Part shown: positions 14,286 to 23,256 of the stretch, piece by piece
Layout: every line of letters begins with the position of its first letter
Position numbering within the stretch: position 1 is the stretch's first letter
NCBI GenBank assembly: GCA_044352905.1
Contig: JBILCY010000001.1
Coordinates: forward strand, 263,242-327,241
From: Terrimicrobiaceae bacterium
GTDB lineage: Bacteria > Verrucomicrobiota > Verrucomicrobiia > Chthoniobacterales > Terrimicrobiaceae
Length of the DNA stretch: 64,000 nucleotides
Reading direction: 5' to 3'
The notes under the pieces: model-generated
Told to the model about the DNA's origin: nothing
Seen by the model: the letters and a program-made list of their open reading frames with translations, nothing else
The model's database searches: none
Made by a program: the position numbers and the translations under genes

Positions 14286-14340
14286 AGCGACTCAAAATCG
14301 CGTTCCGCAAGGAGTGTCGGTTCGATCCCGACCGCCGGTA
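14286..14340 (+). pseudogene. 3' fragment of tRNA-Leu(CAA) (anticodon arm to discriminator base) = putative attR core
   Basis: Anticodon stem/loop GCGA-CTCAAAA-TCGC (U33, anticodon CAA, A37). Long variable arm tTCCgcaaGGAgt (type II tRNA). T arm GTCGG-TTCGATC-CCGAC. Acceptor 3' strand CGCCGGT plus A. No matching 5' acceptor strand or D arm upstream; AT-rich phage DNA is there instead. Confidence 0.7.
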
Positions 14341-14345
14341 GTTTT

Positions 14346-15650
14346 TCAGCCTAACACTTCCCTCATTCCGAGGCGTATTGCTTCGATTCCGTTTTGAAGT
14401 TGATCGGCTGTAGTGCAAAGGGGAGGCATGAAAACAATGGTGTCGAGCACCGGTCGGGTGAGGAGTCCGTGTTTTCGTGCTGCATGGCAGATTTGAGCGC
14501 CCACACGATCAGCCCACGGAAATGCTTCCCCATTTTTATGGCGAACCTCGATCCCGGCGATGAAGCCGCACTGGCGGATTTCATGGACGTGAGCTTCGTT
14601 CTTTAAGCCCTCCAATAAATCTGAAAGCAAAGAGATTTTTGGCTGAAGGTTTTCGAGCACGTTTTCTTCCTTGAAAACCTTCAGGCTTGCGAGAGCGGCG
14701 GCGCAGCCCAGCGGGTTGCCAGAGTAGCTGTGACCGTAATAAAATGTCTTCATCTCTTCGACGCGCCCTAGAAATGCCTCGAAAACCCGTTCGGTTGTGA
14801 GCGTCGCAGCCAGTGGAATGTAGCCGCCGGTGAGTCCTTTTGCGAGACACAGAAAATCCGGAATGACTCCCTCCTGCTCGCAGGCGAACATCGTGCCTGT
14901 GCGGCCGAAGCCGGTCATTACCTCGTCGAGAATAAGAAAAACACCGGCAGAGTCGCATTTGGCGCGGAGGACTTTGAGAAGACCTGGAGGCCACGTTCGC
15001 ATGCCTGCAGCACCTTGGATAAGGGGCTCGATCACCACGGCGGCAACATCGCCTTTGAGGAATCCGGGATGGCTATCGAGTTCATCAGGATCACTGATGC
15101 GACTGACAGGAAACGCATGCCCTGCAATTTTTTTGTGGAAGGTGCTTATCCCTCCAAGACTCGCGGCACCGAGAGTGTCGCCGTGGTAGGCGTTGTCGAA
15201 TGCGATGAAGCCTGAGCGCTCGGGGCGACCGCTGAGCTGCCAAAACTGAACAGCCATTTTCATTGCCGCCTCGATCGCTGTGGAGCCGTCGTCACTCAGA
15301 AAAACTCGCGGCAGGGCTCCGGAAGGGAAGAGCCCGGCAAGTGCCGTAGCGAGTTCAATGGCAGGTGCGTTTGTTGTGCCTAAAAAAGAGACATGGGAGA
15401 CTTGCCCGAGTTGCTCATGGAGCGCTTTGTTGATCTTGGGATGCGCGTGGCCGTGGATATTCGTCCAAATGGAGGAATTCCCATCGAGATAGCGGCGGCC
15501 TTCGCTGTCCTCAAGTATCGCTCCCTCGCCGCGAACGAGTATCAGTGGATCATGATCCAGGGCACACCAATCCTGCATGGGCGTGAAGGGATGCCAGAGG
15601 TGGGTTTTATCCAACTTTGACAGCTCGCCGGTGTTCCAAACATCTCGCAT
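14346..15650 (-). CDS. bioA: Adenosylmethionine-8-amino-7-oxononanoate aminotransferase
   Basis: HLWHPFTPMQDW, YLDGNSSIWTNIHGH, DDGSTAIEAAMKMA and AYHGDTLGA are class-III aminotransferase / BioA motifs. The internal start MRDVW was chosen; the ORF track extends to 15794. Confidence 0.9.
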   Translation of the reverse strand: MRDVWNTGELSKLDKTHLWHPFTPMQDWCALDHDPLILVRGEGAILEDSEGRRYLDGNSSIWTNIHGHAHPKINKALHEQLGQVSHVSFLGTTNAPAIELATALAGLFPSGALPRVFLSDDGSTAIEAAMKMAVQFWQLSGRPERSGFIAFDNAYHGDTLGAASLGGISTFHKKIAGHAFPVSRISDPDELDSHPGFLKGDVAAVVIEPLIQGAAGMRTWPPGLLKVLRAKCDSAGVFLILDEVMTGFGRTGTMFACEQEGVIPDFLCLAKGLTGGYIPLAATLTTERVFEAFLGRVEEMKTFYYGHSYSGNPLGCAAALASLKVFKEENVLENLQPKISLLSDLLEGLKNEAHVHEIRQCGFIAGIEVRHKNGEAFPWADRVGAQICHAARKHGLLTRPVLDTIVFMPPLCTTADQLQNGIEAIRLGMREVLG

Positions 15651-16621
15651 GCTCGAGCTTTTTAGCTCATAGATCGCCGTGCGTGAACTCGAATCCAGCC
15701 AGTCCAAAAACATTGCTGCGTCTCCTGGCGTATGTCGGTGCCGTTGTGCTGCTCGCTTGCTTGATGTCACCTCCGCTGTATTGGATCGGCACATGGCTTG
15801 CTGATGTGGGCGTGCTCCCTATCGTGCAGGGTTTTCCTTTTCACCGCTACTTCAGCCGCAGCATTCAAATATCCGCTTTGCTGTTGCTCTGGCCTGCTTT
15901 CCGCTGGGTGGGGATTCGCAACCTTTCCGTGCTCGGAATTGAGCGAAATACAATCTGGAAGCGCGATCTGGTCGCCGGTTTTTTGCTCGCTTTGGCTCCG
16001 GTGGCCGCCTTGTCAGTAGGCTATCTTGCTTTTAATATTTATGGGTTTCGCTCTGAGTGGGCAGCCAGCGGGTTGGCTCGTATTGCAGGAACAGCGGTGG
16101 CAGTCTCCCTGCTGGAAGAATTTCTGTTTCGTTGTGTTTTTCTTGGCTTGTGCCTCTTGGCAATGGGGCGCCTTGCCGGTGTAGTTTGCTCCTCGATGTT
16201 TTTTGCAGCAGTGCATTTTTTAAAAACCTCGCGTGCTGCGCTCGATGCTCCCGTCACTTGGACAAGCGGCTTCGAGCAATTACCCCTACTGCTTTCGGGA
16301 GCTCCAGCCTGGCCGCTTGTGAAGTGGGGATTTTTATCGCTTTTCGTGGCTGGCATCCTGCTTGCCGTCATTACGATCCGCACCCGTTCGCTTTATTTGG
16401 CGATTGGGGTTCACGCCGGCTGGATCCTTGGGCAGCAAGGCCTGCAACTCATTTCAAAATTCCGGGTAGACCCCCCGCAGGCGCTCTTGCCATGGGTCGG
16501 GCCCAATGTTGTGAGTGGCGCTGTGCCGACCGGTATTGTTCCGGTGGCTGTGTTGATGATGACGGGTCTGCTTCTCTGGATTTACCTCAACCATGCCGCC
16601 ATTGCTCGCCGGTCTGCTTGA
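15617..16621 (+). CDS. CPBP family intramembrane glutamic endopeptidase (CAAX protease-like)
   Basis: Multi-TM protein with LLEEFLFR (EExxxR), FFAAVHF (FxxxH) and GVHAGW motifs. The true start is probably downstream of 15617 (GTG/TTG candidates near 15683/15713). Confidence 0.8.
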   Translation: MTARRCSKHLACSSFLAHRSPCVNSNPASPKTLLRLLAYVGAVVLLACLMSPPLYWIGTWLADVGVLPIVQGFPFHRYFSRSIQISALLLLWPAFRWVGIRNLSVLGIERNTIWKRDLVAGFLLALAPVAALSVGYLAFNIYGFRSEWAASGLARIAGTAVAVSLLEEFLFRCVFLGLCLLAMGRLAGVVCSSMFFAAVHFLKTSRAALDAPVTWTSGFEQLPLLLSGAPAWPLVKWGFLSLFVAGILLAVITIRTRSLYLAIGVHAGWILGQQGLQLISKFRVDPPQALLPWVGPNVVSGAVPTGIVPVAVLMMTGLLLWIYLNHAAIARRSA

Positions 16622-17315
16622 GTCTCTGAGTTCCCTTTTTTTTCCGGCCCACTGTGCGCATTGCCGGAAGCGGGTGGGGGAAGGCCTCGATTTCTGCGAA
16701 TCGTGTGAGGCGAAAATCCAATACGTAAAACCTCCCCGCTGCGAAAATTGTTCGCACCCTTTTGAGGGAGTGATGGATGAATTCATCTGTCCGAATTGCC
16801 GAGACGAAGGTTTTTCTTTTACATGTGCGGTATCCGTCGTTCGAAGCCAGACGGTAATCCGCGATCTGGTGCACCGATTGAAATACTCCAGAGAACTCTG
16901 GCTCTCCCGAGTGCTGGGCCAAATCCTGCATGTAGGGCTCTCGGATCCGCGTTTTGAGGGAATTGAATTCGATGCCATCGTGCCAGTGCCGCTTCATTCA
17001 AAGCGGGAGCGGGAGCGTGATTACAATCAGTCTGCCTTGTTGGCGCAGCATCTCTCGGCGGCCTCTGGTATCCCCTTGAGGGAGGTGCTGCTGCGCCAGC
17101 GCTACACCGAGACACAAACCCGGCTCAATCGAAAGTTGCGAAGGCAAAACTTGCGGAATGCCTTTTTGATACGCAAGAATGTGGACGTGACTGACCAATC
17201 CCTGCTTTTGATCGATGATGTGCTAACGACGGGGGCCACCCTCGATGCGTGTGCGGCCGTTCTCATCGAGCATGGCGCGGCTTCCGTCCACTCGCTTACT
17301 TTGGCCCGCGGCTGA
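16593..17315 (+). CDS. comF: ComF family protein (phosphoribosyltransferase-like)
   Basis: N-terminal Cys clusters (CAHC..CESC, CENC..CPNC) and PRTase motif LLLIDDVLTTGATL. Confidence 0.85.
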   Translation: MPPLLAGLLESLSSLFFPAHCAHCRKRVGEGLDFCESCEAKIQYVKPPRCENCSHPFEGVMDEFICPNCRDEGFSFTCAVSVVRSQTVIRDLVHRLKYSRELWLSRVLGQILHVGLSDPRFEGIEFDAIVPVPLHSKRERERDYNQSALLAQHLSAASGIPLREVLLRQRYTETQTRLNRKLRRQNLRNAFLIRKNVDVTDQSLLLIDDVLTTGATLDACAAVLIEHGAASVHSLTLARG

Positions 17316-17326
17316 TTTTTAACACC

Positions 17327-18169
17327 ATGGCTATTTTTAAAAAACCCATTCTTCGTGCTCTCGGACGCAAAACCCGTGAAATGCCAAGCGGTCTTTGGAC
17401 CAAGTGCTCTTCCTGCGGCGAGGTGACCCACAATCTCGCACTGTCCGAGAATCTTCAGGTATGCCCGAAATGCGGTCACCATTTCACGATGGGCTCGCGC
17501 GAGCGCCTCGAGCTGCTTTTGGATGCCAACTCGTTCGAGGAGCACGATGCTTCCATGAGTTCCGTGGATCCCCTTGGTTTCAAGGGTGTAACGACCTATG
17601 CCGACAGGCTTTCCAGCTACAAACAAAAGACCGGACTCGTTGATGCAGTAACGACAGGCAAGGGAACCATCGACGGCCATGCTGTGGGTATCGGAGTGAT
17701 GGATTTTAATTTCCTAGCCGCCACGATGGGCTCTGTGGTCGGTGAAAAAATCACACGCGTCATCGAATTTTCCACCAAGCACAAACTTCCTGTGATCCTT
17801 GTCTGTGCATCCGGTGGAGCCCGTATGTATGAGGGCATGCTCAGCCTCATGCAAATGGCTAAAACCAGCGGAGCCCTCGCCCTGCATGCCGAAGCCAAGT
17901 TGCCCTACATCACGGTTCTCACGAACCCTACCACGGCGGGGGTGATGGCGAGCTTTGCATCGCTTGGTGACATTATTATCGCAGAGCCGAAGGCCATGAT
18001 CGGCTTTGCCGGACCGCGCGTGATCCGGGAGACGACGCACCAGACGCTCCCATCCGATTTTCAGACTGCCGAGTTTTTGGAAAAACACGGCCTCATCGAC
18101 CTCATTGTCGAGCGCTCAAAGATGCGGGCGACATTGTCCGGCATTCTCGGATATCTCGCTGCGAAGTGA
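17327..18169 (+). CDS. accD: Acetyl-CoA carboxylase carboxyltransferase subunit beta
   Basis: LWTKCSSCGEV...CPKCGHHF zinc ribbon plus a carboxyltransferase domain. The internal ATG (MAIFKKP) was chosen. Confidence 0.9.
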   Translation: MAIFKKPILRALGRKTREMPSGLWTKCSSCGEVTHNLALSENLQVCPKCGHHFTMGSRERLELLLDANSFEEHDASMSSVDPLGFKGVTTYADRLSSYKQKTGLVDAVTTGKGTIDGHAVGIGVMDFNFLAATMGSVVGEKITRVIEFSTKHKLPVILVCASGGARMYEGMLSLMQMAKTSGALALHAEAKLPYITVLTNPTTAGVMASFASLGDIIIAEPKAMIGFAGPRVIRETTHQTLPSDFQTAEFLEKHGLIDLIVERSKMRATLSGILGYLAAK

Positions 18170-19353
18170 GCTTCGACGAGGCGATCGAGTGGCTCTATCG
18201 CACCGAGGCGACTGGCATCAAGCTGGGCCTTGAGAATACCCGCAAGCTTCTTGCTGCTTGTGGCAATCCCGAGCAAGAGCTGCGATTCATTCATGTGGCC
18301 GGCACTAATGGTAAAGGCTCCGTATGTGCCATGCTGGAGTCCATGCTCCGTGCCGCCGGCTATCGCACAGGTCTCTACACCTCACCGCATCTCGTGGACT
18401 TCAATGAGCGCATCCGCGTGAATGGAAAAAACATTGTCCGCGAGGATGTCGCGAAGGGGTTGGGCCGCTTGCGCAAAATCACTCAGACTTGGGAGCATGC
18501 GCCGACATTTTTTGAACTCACCACCGTGCTGGGAATCGATCATTTTGCCCGAGTGGGATGCGAGATCGTCATTCTCGAAACAGGCATGGGAGGGCGCTTG
18601 GATTCGACCAATGTCGTCACGCCGCTTGTTTCGGTGATCACTCCCATATCCATGGATCATTCCGAATGGCTGGGTGACACCCTGGCGCTTATTGCCGCTG
18701 AGAAAGCCGGCATCATCAAACCTGGAATTAAAGTCGTTTCCGCACCGCAGGAAGCGGATGTGGTTGATGTGCTCGATCGCCGCGCCGGGGAATGCGGGGC
18801 GCAGCTTCAATTTGTTCGCGCCCCATGGCAGGGCGATGTGGGGTTGGTGGGTTCGCATCAAAGATGGAATGCCGCTCTTGCTATCGCTGCTCTGGAGGCA
18901 TCCGGCCTGATATGTCCGCAAGAAGCCATTCTCAACGGTCTAAAAAATGTTGAATGGCCCGCTCGGTTTCAACGTTTGAGCGAACACATCATCGTCGATG
19001 GGGCCCACAACGAACAATCCGTCGAAGCACTTGTCAAAACGTGGCGCGATGTGTTCGGCAACAAGAAGGCAACCGTGATCTTCGGCGCTCTTAGGGACAA
19101 AAACCATGCGGCCATGCTGCGCTCGCTTGAACAAATCGCTGAGCAATTTTTCCTTGTTCCAGTGAAGAGTCCTCGAAGTGAAGATCCCCAAAAAATCGCC
19201 ACCCAGCTCAACGTGTGCCATCGCGAGTTCGATTCATTACCCTCCGCTATCAAGGCGACCGATACCCCCCTAACATCACCTGTGCTTATCACCGGGTCCC
19301 TCTTTCTGGCCGGTGAGACGCTAGATTTGGAAATATTCCGAAAGAAAAATTGA
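18166..19353 (+). CDS. folC: Bifunctional folylpolyglutamate synthase / dihydrofolate synthase
   Basis: HVAGTNGKGSV P-loop and a Mur-ligase-like layout. The GTG start overlaps the accD stop. Confidence 0.9.
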   Translation: MSFDEAIEWLYRTEATGIKLGLENTRKLLAACGNPEQELRFIHVAGTNGKGSVCAMLESMLRAAGYRTGLYTSPHLVDFNERIRVNGKNIVREDVAKGLGRLRKITQTWEHAPTFFELTTVLGIDHFARVGCEIVILETGMGGRLDSTNVVTPLVSVITPISMDHSEWLGDTLALIAAEKAGIIKPGIKVVSAPQEADVVDVLDRRAGECGAQLQFVRAPWQGDVGLVGSHQRWNAALAIAALEASGLICPQEAILNGLKNVEWPARFQRLSEHIIVDGAHNEQSVEALVKTWRDVFGNKKATVIFGALRDKNHAAMLRSLEQIAEQFFLVPVKSPRSEDPQKIATQLNVCHREFDSLPSAIKATDTPLTSPVLITGSLFLAGETLDLEIFRKKN

Positions 19354-19385
19354 CGATGAACGGGATGTTGGTTTAAGGAAACACC

Positions 19386-19976
19386 ATGAAATTCTTCAAG
19401 CGCGTCACCGCCTTTACCCTCGTTGAGCTTTTGGTAGTCATTTCGATTATCGCTATTTTGGCTGCACTGGCTTTACCTGCGATTACAGGCGCTCTTACCC
19501 GTGGCCAAGCTTCACAAACCTTGAGTAATGCACGCCAGATTTACATTTCCACATTCAACATGGCCTTAGATGGGTCAACTACCGGCGACACGAATTTGGC
19601 TTGGCCTGGTGATTCAGGAGGAACTTGGACAGCGTGGGCATCTTCCCTTACGGGCGGGGGTTATATGTCCACTAATGACTTCGCTAAAATGTTAAGCGCC
19701 CCCGGTGTGCTGCGTAGCACCAACGTGGCTGTAACAGCTGCTACTCCAAGTGCATTAAATATTTATAGTGTTGGTGAGAGTAGTCCAATGCAGTCGGTTT
19801 TTATTACAACTGCTAATTACACTAACGGAACTGCCCTTGATCCAGCGGCAAAACCCTATGGAAATAAGGCATTTGTTGTGTTTAGGAAGGGTGGAGATGG
19901 GTTGGTTTACCAAGCTGCTCAAGCTACTAACACAGCATTGCTGCCAACCACCGATTTCACCAATAAATTAAACTAA
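19386..19976 (+). CDS. Prepilin-type N-terminal cleavage/methylation domain protein (type II secretion / type IV pilin-like)
   Basis: [32 protein letters not shown] is the classic class-III signal plus hydrophobic helix. Confidence 0.85.
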   Translation: MKFFKRVTAFTLVELLVVISIIAILAALALPAITGALTRGQASQTLSNARQIYISTFNMALDGSTTGDTNLAWPGDSGGTWTAWASSLTGGGYMSTNDFAKMLSAPGVLRSTNVAVTAATPSALNIYSVGESSPMQSVFITTANYTNGTALDPAAKPYGNKAFVVFRKGGDGLVYQAAQATNTALLPTTDFTNKLN

Positions 19977-19999
19977 TAATCATCAAATATTTACAAGAA

Positions 20000-20353
20000 A
20001 TGACAACCGTTCAAAAAATCGAATCTGAGCAATTCAAGTCCGACCTCACTCCCTTTAGCGTCGGAGACACAATCAAAGTCCACACCCGCGTTGTAGAAGG
20101 CGACAAGGAGCGTATACAAGTCTATGCTGGCATCGTGATTGGTCGCAAGGGCACAGGCATTAATGAGAATTTTACCGTTCGCCGTGTTTCCTACGGTGAG
20201 GGTGTCGAGCGTGTTTTTCCTATGCATTCCCCACGCATTGCGAAGATCGAGGTGGAGCGTCGCGGGGCTGTTCGCCGTGCTAAACTCAATTACCTCCGTG
20301 CTCGTAAAGGCAAGTCGGCAACGACTGTCAAAGACCGCACGGATCGCGCCTGA
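20000..20353 (+). CDS. rplS: 50S ribosomal protein L19
   Basis: [33 protein letters not shown]...[21 protein letters not shown]. Confidence 0.95.
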   Translation: MTTVQKIESEQFKSDLTPFSVGDTIKVHTRVVEGDKERIQVYAGIVIGRKGTGINENFTVRRVSYGEGVERVFPMHSPRIAKIEVERRGAVRRAKLNYLRARKGKSATTVKDRTDRA

Positions 20354-20363
20354 TTTTTGCTGA

Positions 20364-20978
20364 ATGCCTTGCTCGCTCAAACACGAGCAAGAATTGGCAG
20401 CGCGGGGTATTTATTGTGTTGCGGGGATTGACGAGGCCGGACGAGGTCCTTTAGCTGGACCTGTTGTTGCTGCCGCAGTCGTTTTAACTTATGGCTTTGA
20501 GCTTAAGGGGCTCAACGATTCGAAAAAGCTCACGCCCCGCAGGCGTGATTATTTCTACGAACTCATTACCTCGGATACAACGATCCGATGGGCATCCGCC
20601 CATGTTTCACCGGAAGAGATCGATCGGCTGAACATTCTTGGAGCTACCCATGCGGCAATGAGGCTTGCGTGGGCGAAACTTGATCCTCGGCCTGATCACG
20701 TTCTGATCGATGGTCTGCCGGTGCCAAGTTTCCCATGCGAACAAACGGCTTTGGTCGGTGGAGATGGCATCAGCCTCAGCATTGCGGCGGCGAGTATCAT
20801 TGCCAAGGTCGAGCGCGACCGGGTGATGCTGGCACTCGACCTACAATATCCTCAATACGGTTTTGCGAAGCATAAAGGCTACCCAACGGCAGAGCATTTT
20901 GAGAAACTTCGTCAATATGGGCCTTGTCCGATTCACCGCCGAAGTTTTGCGCCGGTTGCGCGGGCGGAGCTCTGGTGA
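20364..20978 (+). CDS. rnhB: Ribonuclease HII
   Basis: GIDEAGRGPLAGPVVAAAVVL and DSKKLTP motifs. Confidence 0.9.
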   Translation: MPCSLKHEQELAARGIYCVAGIDEAGRGPLAGPVVAAAVVLTYGFELKGLNDSKKLTPRRRDYFYELITSDTTIRWASAHVSPEEIDRLNILGATHAAMRLAWAKLDPRPDHVLIDGLPVPSFPCEQTALVGGDGISLSIAAASIIAKVERDRVMLALDLQYPQYGFAKHKGYPTAEHFEKLRQYGPCPIHRRSFAPVARAELW

Positions 20979-21369
20979 TGCCTCCCACATTCAGCTCGGC
21001 AAAGAAGGCGAGGAGTCCGCTGCGCGATATCTCCGGCATCATGGACACAAAATTCTTTACCGTAATTTCCGTGCCCCGCGTGGCGGTGAAGTGGATATCG
21101 TGTGTCGTGACAAGCGGCATGGTGAGCTTGTTTTTATCGAGGTCAAAACCCGTGCGTCTTTGGATTTTGGCCGTCCTGCCGATGCTGTTGATGAAAAGAA
21201 AAGACGTCTTATCATTCGCGGGGCCATGAAATGGCTTCAAATGCTCGACGTCTCCAGCACGACTGATCTCACTTATCGGTTCGATATTGTGGAGGTTGTT
21301 GTTGGCCCGCCGCAGGAGATTCATCACATCGAAAATGCCTTCCAACTTCCTCCCGGCTATCTTGAATAA
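20917..21369 (+). CDS. yraN: YraN family (UPF0102) endonuclease-like protein
   Basis: GEESAARYLRHHGHKILYRNFR..GGEVDIVCRD...LVFIEVKTR. Start uncertain: the ORF track begins at 20863 inside rnhB. Confidence 0.8.
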   Translation: MGLVRFTAEVLRRLRGRSSGDASHIQLGKEGEESAARYLRHHGHKILYRNFRAPRGGEVDIVCRDKRHGELVFIEVKTRASLDFGRPADAVDEKKRRLIIRGAMKWLQMLDVSSTTDLTYRFDIVEVVVGPPQEIHHIENAFQLPPGYLE

Positions 21370-23256
21370 ATGTCTTCCATTCCCTCGCTCCTTTCCGCAC
21401 AGGAACTCAAACTCTCCTACGGCAATCACCTTTTGCTCGACGGCGTTTCGCTCACCGTCGCTCCAGGCGAGAAGCTCGGTCTCGTTGGTCGCAACGGATG
21501 CGGCAAGACGAGCCTCCTGCGAATACTAGCCGGAGAAAACGATCCGGATGCGGGCACGATCTCGCGGCGCCGTGGGTTAAGGGTCGGCTACTTGCCGCAG
21601 GAATTTGAACTCGATCCCGATGCCACGGTTTTAAAAAACATCGAGGACGGTGCCGCCGACTTGGTTGAATGGATGCGTCGCTACGAAAACGGCGAGGGAA
21701 GCGATCAGGAATTGCACCAACTACTGGAACTCATCCAGCATGCCGATGGATGGAATCTTCACGCCCGCATCAATGCCCTCGCTGGAGCACTCGATGCTCC
21801 GCCACTTGATGCGCTGGCAGGTTCCCTTTCCGGAGGTGAGAAGCGCCGCGTTTCTCTCTGCCGTGCGCTGGCATCCCAGCCGGATTTGTTGTTGCTGGAT
21901 GAACCCACAAACCATCTTGATGCGGACTCTATAAACTGGCTCGAAGACTTTCTGCGGGGTTTTTCCGGTGCGCTCATCTTTGTCACCCACGACCGATATT
22001 TTCTGGAGACAATTGCCACGCGCATTGTGGAGGTCAGTTTTGGCAAAGCCTATTCGCACCCCGGAAACTACACCGCCTATTTGGAGTCGCGCGCCTTGCG
22101 TCAGCAAATCGCCAATCAGAGCGAGAGGCGGCGTCAGCGTTTCATCAGGGCGGAACTTGATTTCGTGCGAGCAGGTGTTCGAGCCCAGCGTTCCAAGTCG
22201 AAGAAGCGTCTGGAATCATTTTACGAGATTGCCGGGCAGGAGGCTCCCCCGGAAGAGCGCGAGATGGATCTTCTTATTCCGCCACCGCCGGAAATTGGCA
22301 ATACAGCGGTGGAATTGGTCAATGCTGGGGTAAGGATCGAGAATGACCGCAATGAACGCTGGCTTTTCCGAGGGCTCGATCTTTCCCTTCGTCCCGGCCA
22401 ATGCACAGGTGTGGTGGGACGTAACGGTGTGGGAAAATCAACGCTGCTGCGCTTGTGCCTCGGCGAGCAGGAGCCAACGGAAGGAACGGTTACAATCGGC
22501 AAGAGGGTTGTGTTCAATTACATCGACCAAGGCCGTGTTTTGCTCAATGGAGCAAACACTGTCATTGCCGAAATCGGGGGCACGGGTGAGGCGGTGACCT
22601 TTGGCACACAGACACTGGGTGTGAGGGCATACTTGCGGCGATTCCTCTTCGACGAGGCACGCATCAATGAGAGGGTGGACAAGCTCTCTGGCGGCGAACG
22701 AGCGCGATTGACTCTGGCAAAAGTGCTTTGCCGTGGAGGCAACGTGATCGTTCTCGACGAGCCGACCAACGACCTTGATCTCGGAAGCCTGCGGATGCTT
22801 GAGGAGGCGCTTGCCACTTTCGACGGCACGGTGCTGGTCGTGAGCCATGACCGATATTTTCTGGACCGTGTGTGCGACCAGATTGTCGCCTTTGAGGAGG
22901 GAGGAATCCATATCCAGCCAGGCAATTACTCTTACTATCTGGAGAAAAAATCCCAACGGGAACGGCATTACAAAAATCTCGGTAAATCCTTTGTCGAACC
23001 TCCGGTGGAACAGACACCCAAGATTACCCCTCCGCAACGCAAACTGAGCTACAAAGAAAAGACGGATCTCGACGGCATGGAGCAAACAATCCTCGTCGCT
23101 GAAAAATGTGCTTCCGATTTGGAGGCGATGCTGAATGATCCCGCCTTCCACGCAACCCGAGCGCTGGAGGCTCCGGCGATGATTGCACGCCTTGCCGAAC
23201 AGCGCGCGGAAATCGAGCGGCTTTACGCCAGGTGGGAAGAATTATCGAATCTATGA
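21370..23256 (+). CDS. ABC-F family ATPase (Uup/EttA-like, two ABC domains plus a C-terminal coiled coil)
   Basis: GRNGCGKTS and GRNGVGKST Walker A motifs, LSGGEKRR and LSGGERAR signatures, no TM domain. Confidence 0.9.
   Translation: MSSIPSLLSAQELKLSYGNHLLLDGVSLTVAPGEKLGLVGRNGCGKTSLLRILAGENDPDAGTISRRRGLRVGYLPQEFELDPDATVLKNIEDGAADLVEWMRRYENGEGSDQELHQLLELIQHADGWNLHARINALAGALDAPPLDALAGSLSGGEKRRVSLCRALASQPDLLLLDEPTNHLDADSINWLEDFLRGFSGALIFVTHDRYFLETIATRIVEVSFGKAYSHPGNYTAYLESRALRQQIANQSERRRQRFIRAELDFVRAGVRAQRSKSKKRLESFYEIAGQEAPPEEREMDLLIPPPPEIGNTAVELVNAGVRIENDRNERWLFRGLDLSLRPGQCTGVVGRNGVGKSTLLRLCLGEQEPTEGTVTIGKRVVFNYIDQGRVLLNGANTVIAEIGGTGEAVTFGTQTLGVRAYLRRFLFDEARINERVDKLSGGERARLTLAKVLCRGGNVIVLDEPTNDLDLGSLRMLEEALATFDGTVLVVSHDRYFLDRVCDQIVAFEEGGIHIQPGNYSYYLEKKSQRERHYKNLGKSFVEPPVEQTPKITPPQRKLSYKEKTDLDGMEQTILVAEKCASDLEAMLNDPAFHATRALEAPAMIARLAEQRAEIERLYARWEELSNL

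Larger units (their letters stand above)
1..14340 (+). mobile_element. Right arm of an integrated podovirus-like prophage (virion/ejection-protein operon, lysis cassette, attR); the integrase, replication and head side lies outside the window
   Basis: Uninterrupted same-strand operon of phage-type proteins with start/stop overlaps (1552/1559, 1964/1974, 2912/2914, 4968/4971, 13397/13400, 13642/13645). A holin-lipoprotein-endolysin cassette lies at 13227-14223. The region ends at a tRNA-Leu 3' fragment (14286-14340) directly abutting host bioA. Confidence 0.8.

Noticed and set aside
14224-14340. A complete tRNA gene at the prophage/host junction.
   Set aside because: No 5' acceptor strand (ACCGGCG/GCCGGCG) or D arm exists upstream of the anticodon arm. 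Only the 3' ~55 nt are tRNA-like.
15650-15794. A 48-codon N-terminal extension of bioA overlapping the CPBP gene. By my hand count, the T-run near 15660 also appeared one base short relative to the ORF-track translations.
   Set aside because: The BioA homology pattern begins just after the internal MRDVW start. The computed ORF track reads through on both strands, so I attribute the apparent 1-nt discrepancy to my manual counting and not to a frameshift.
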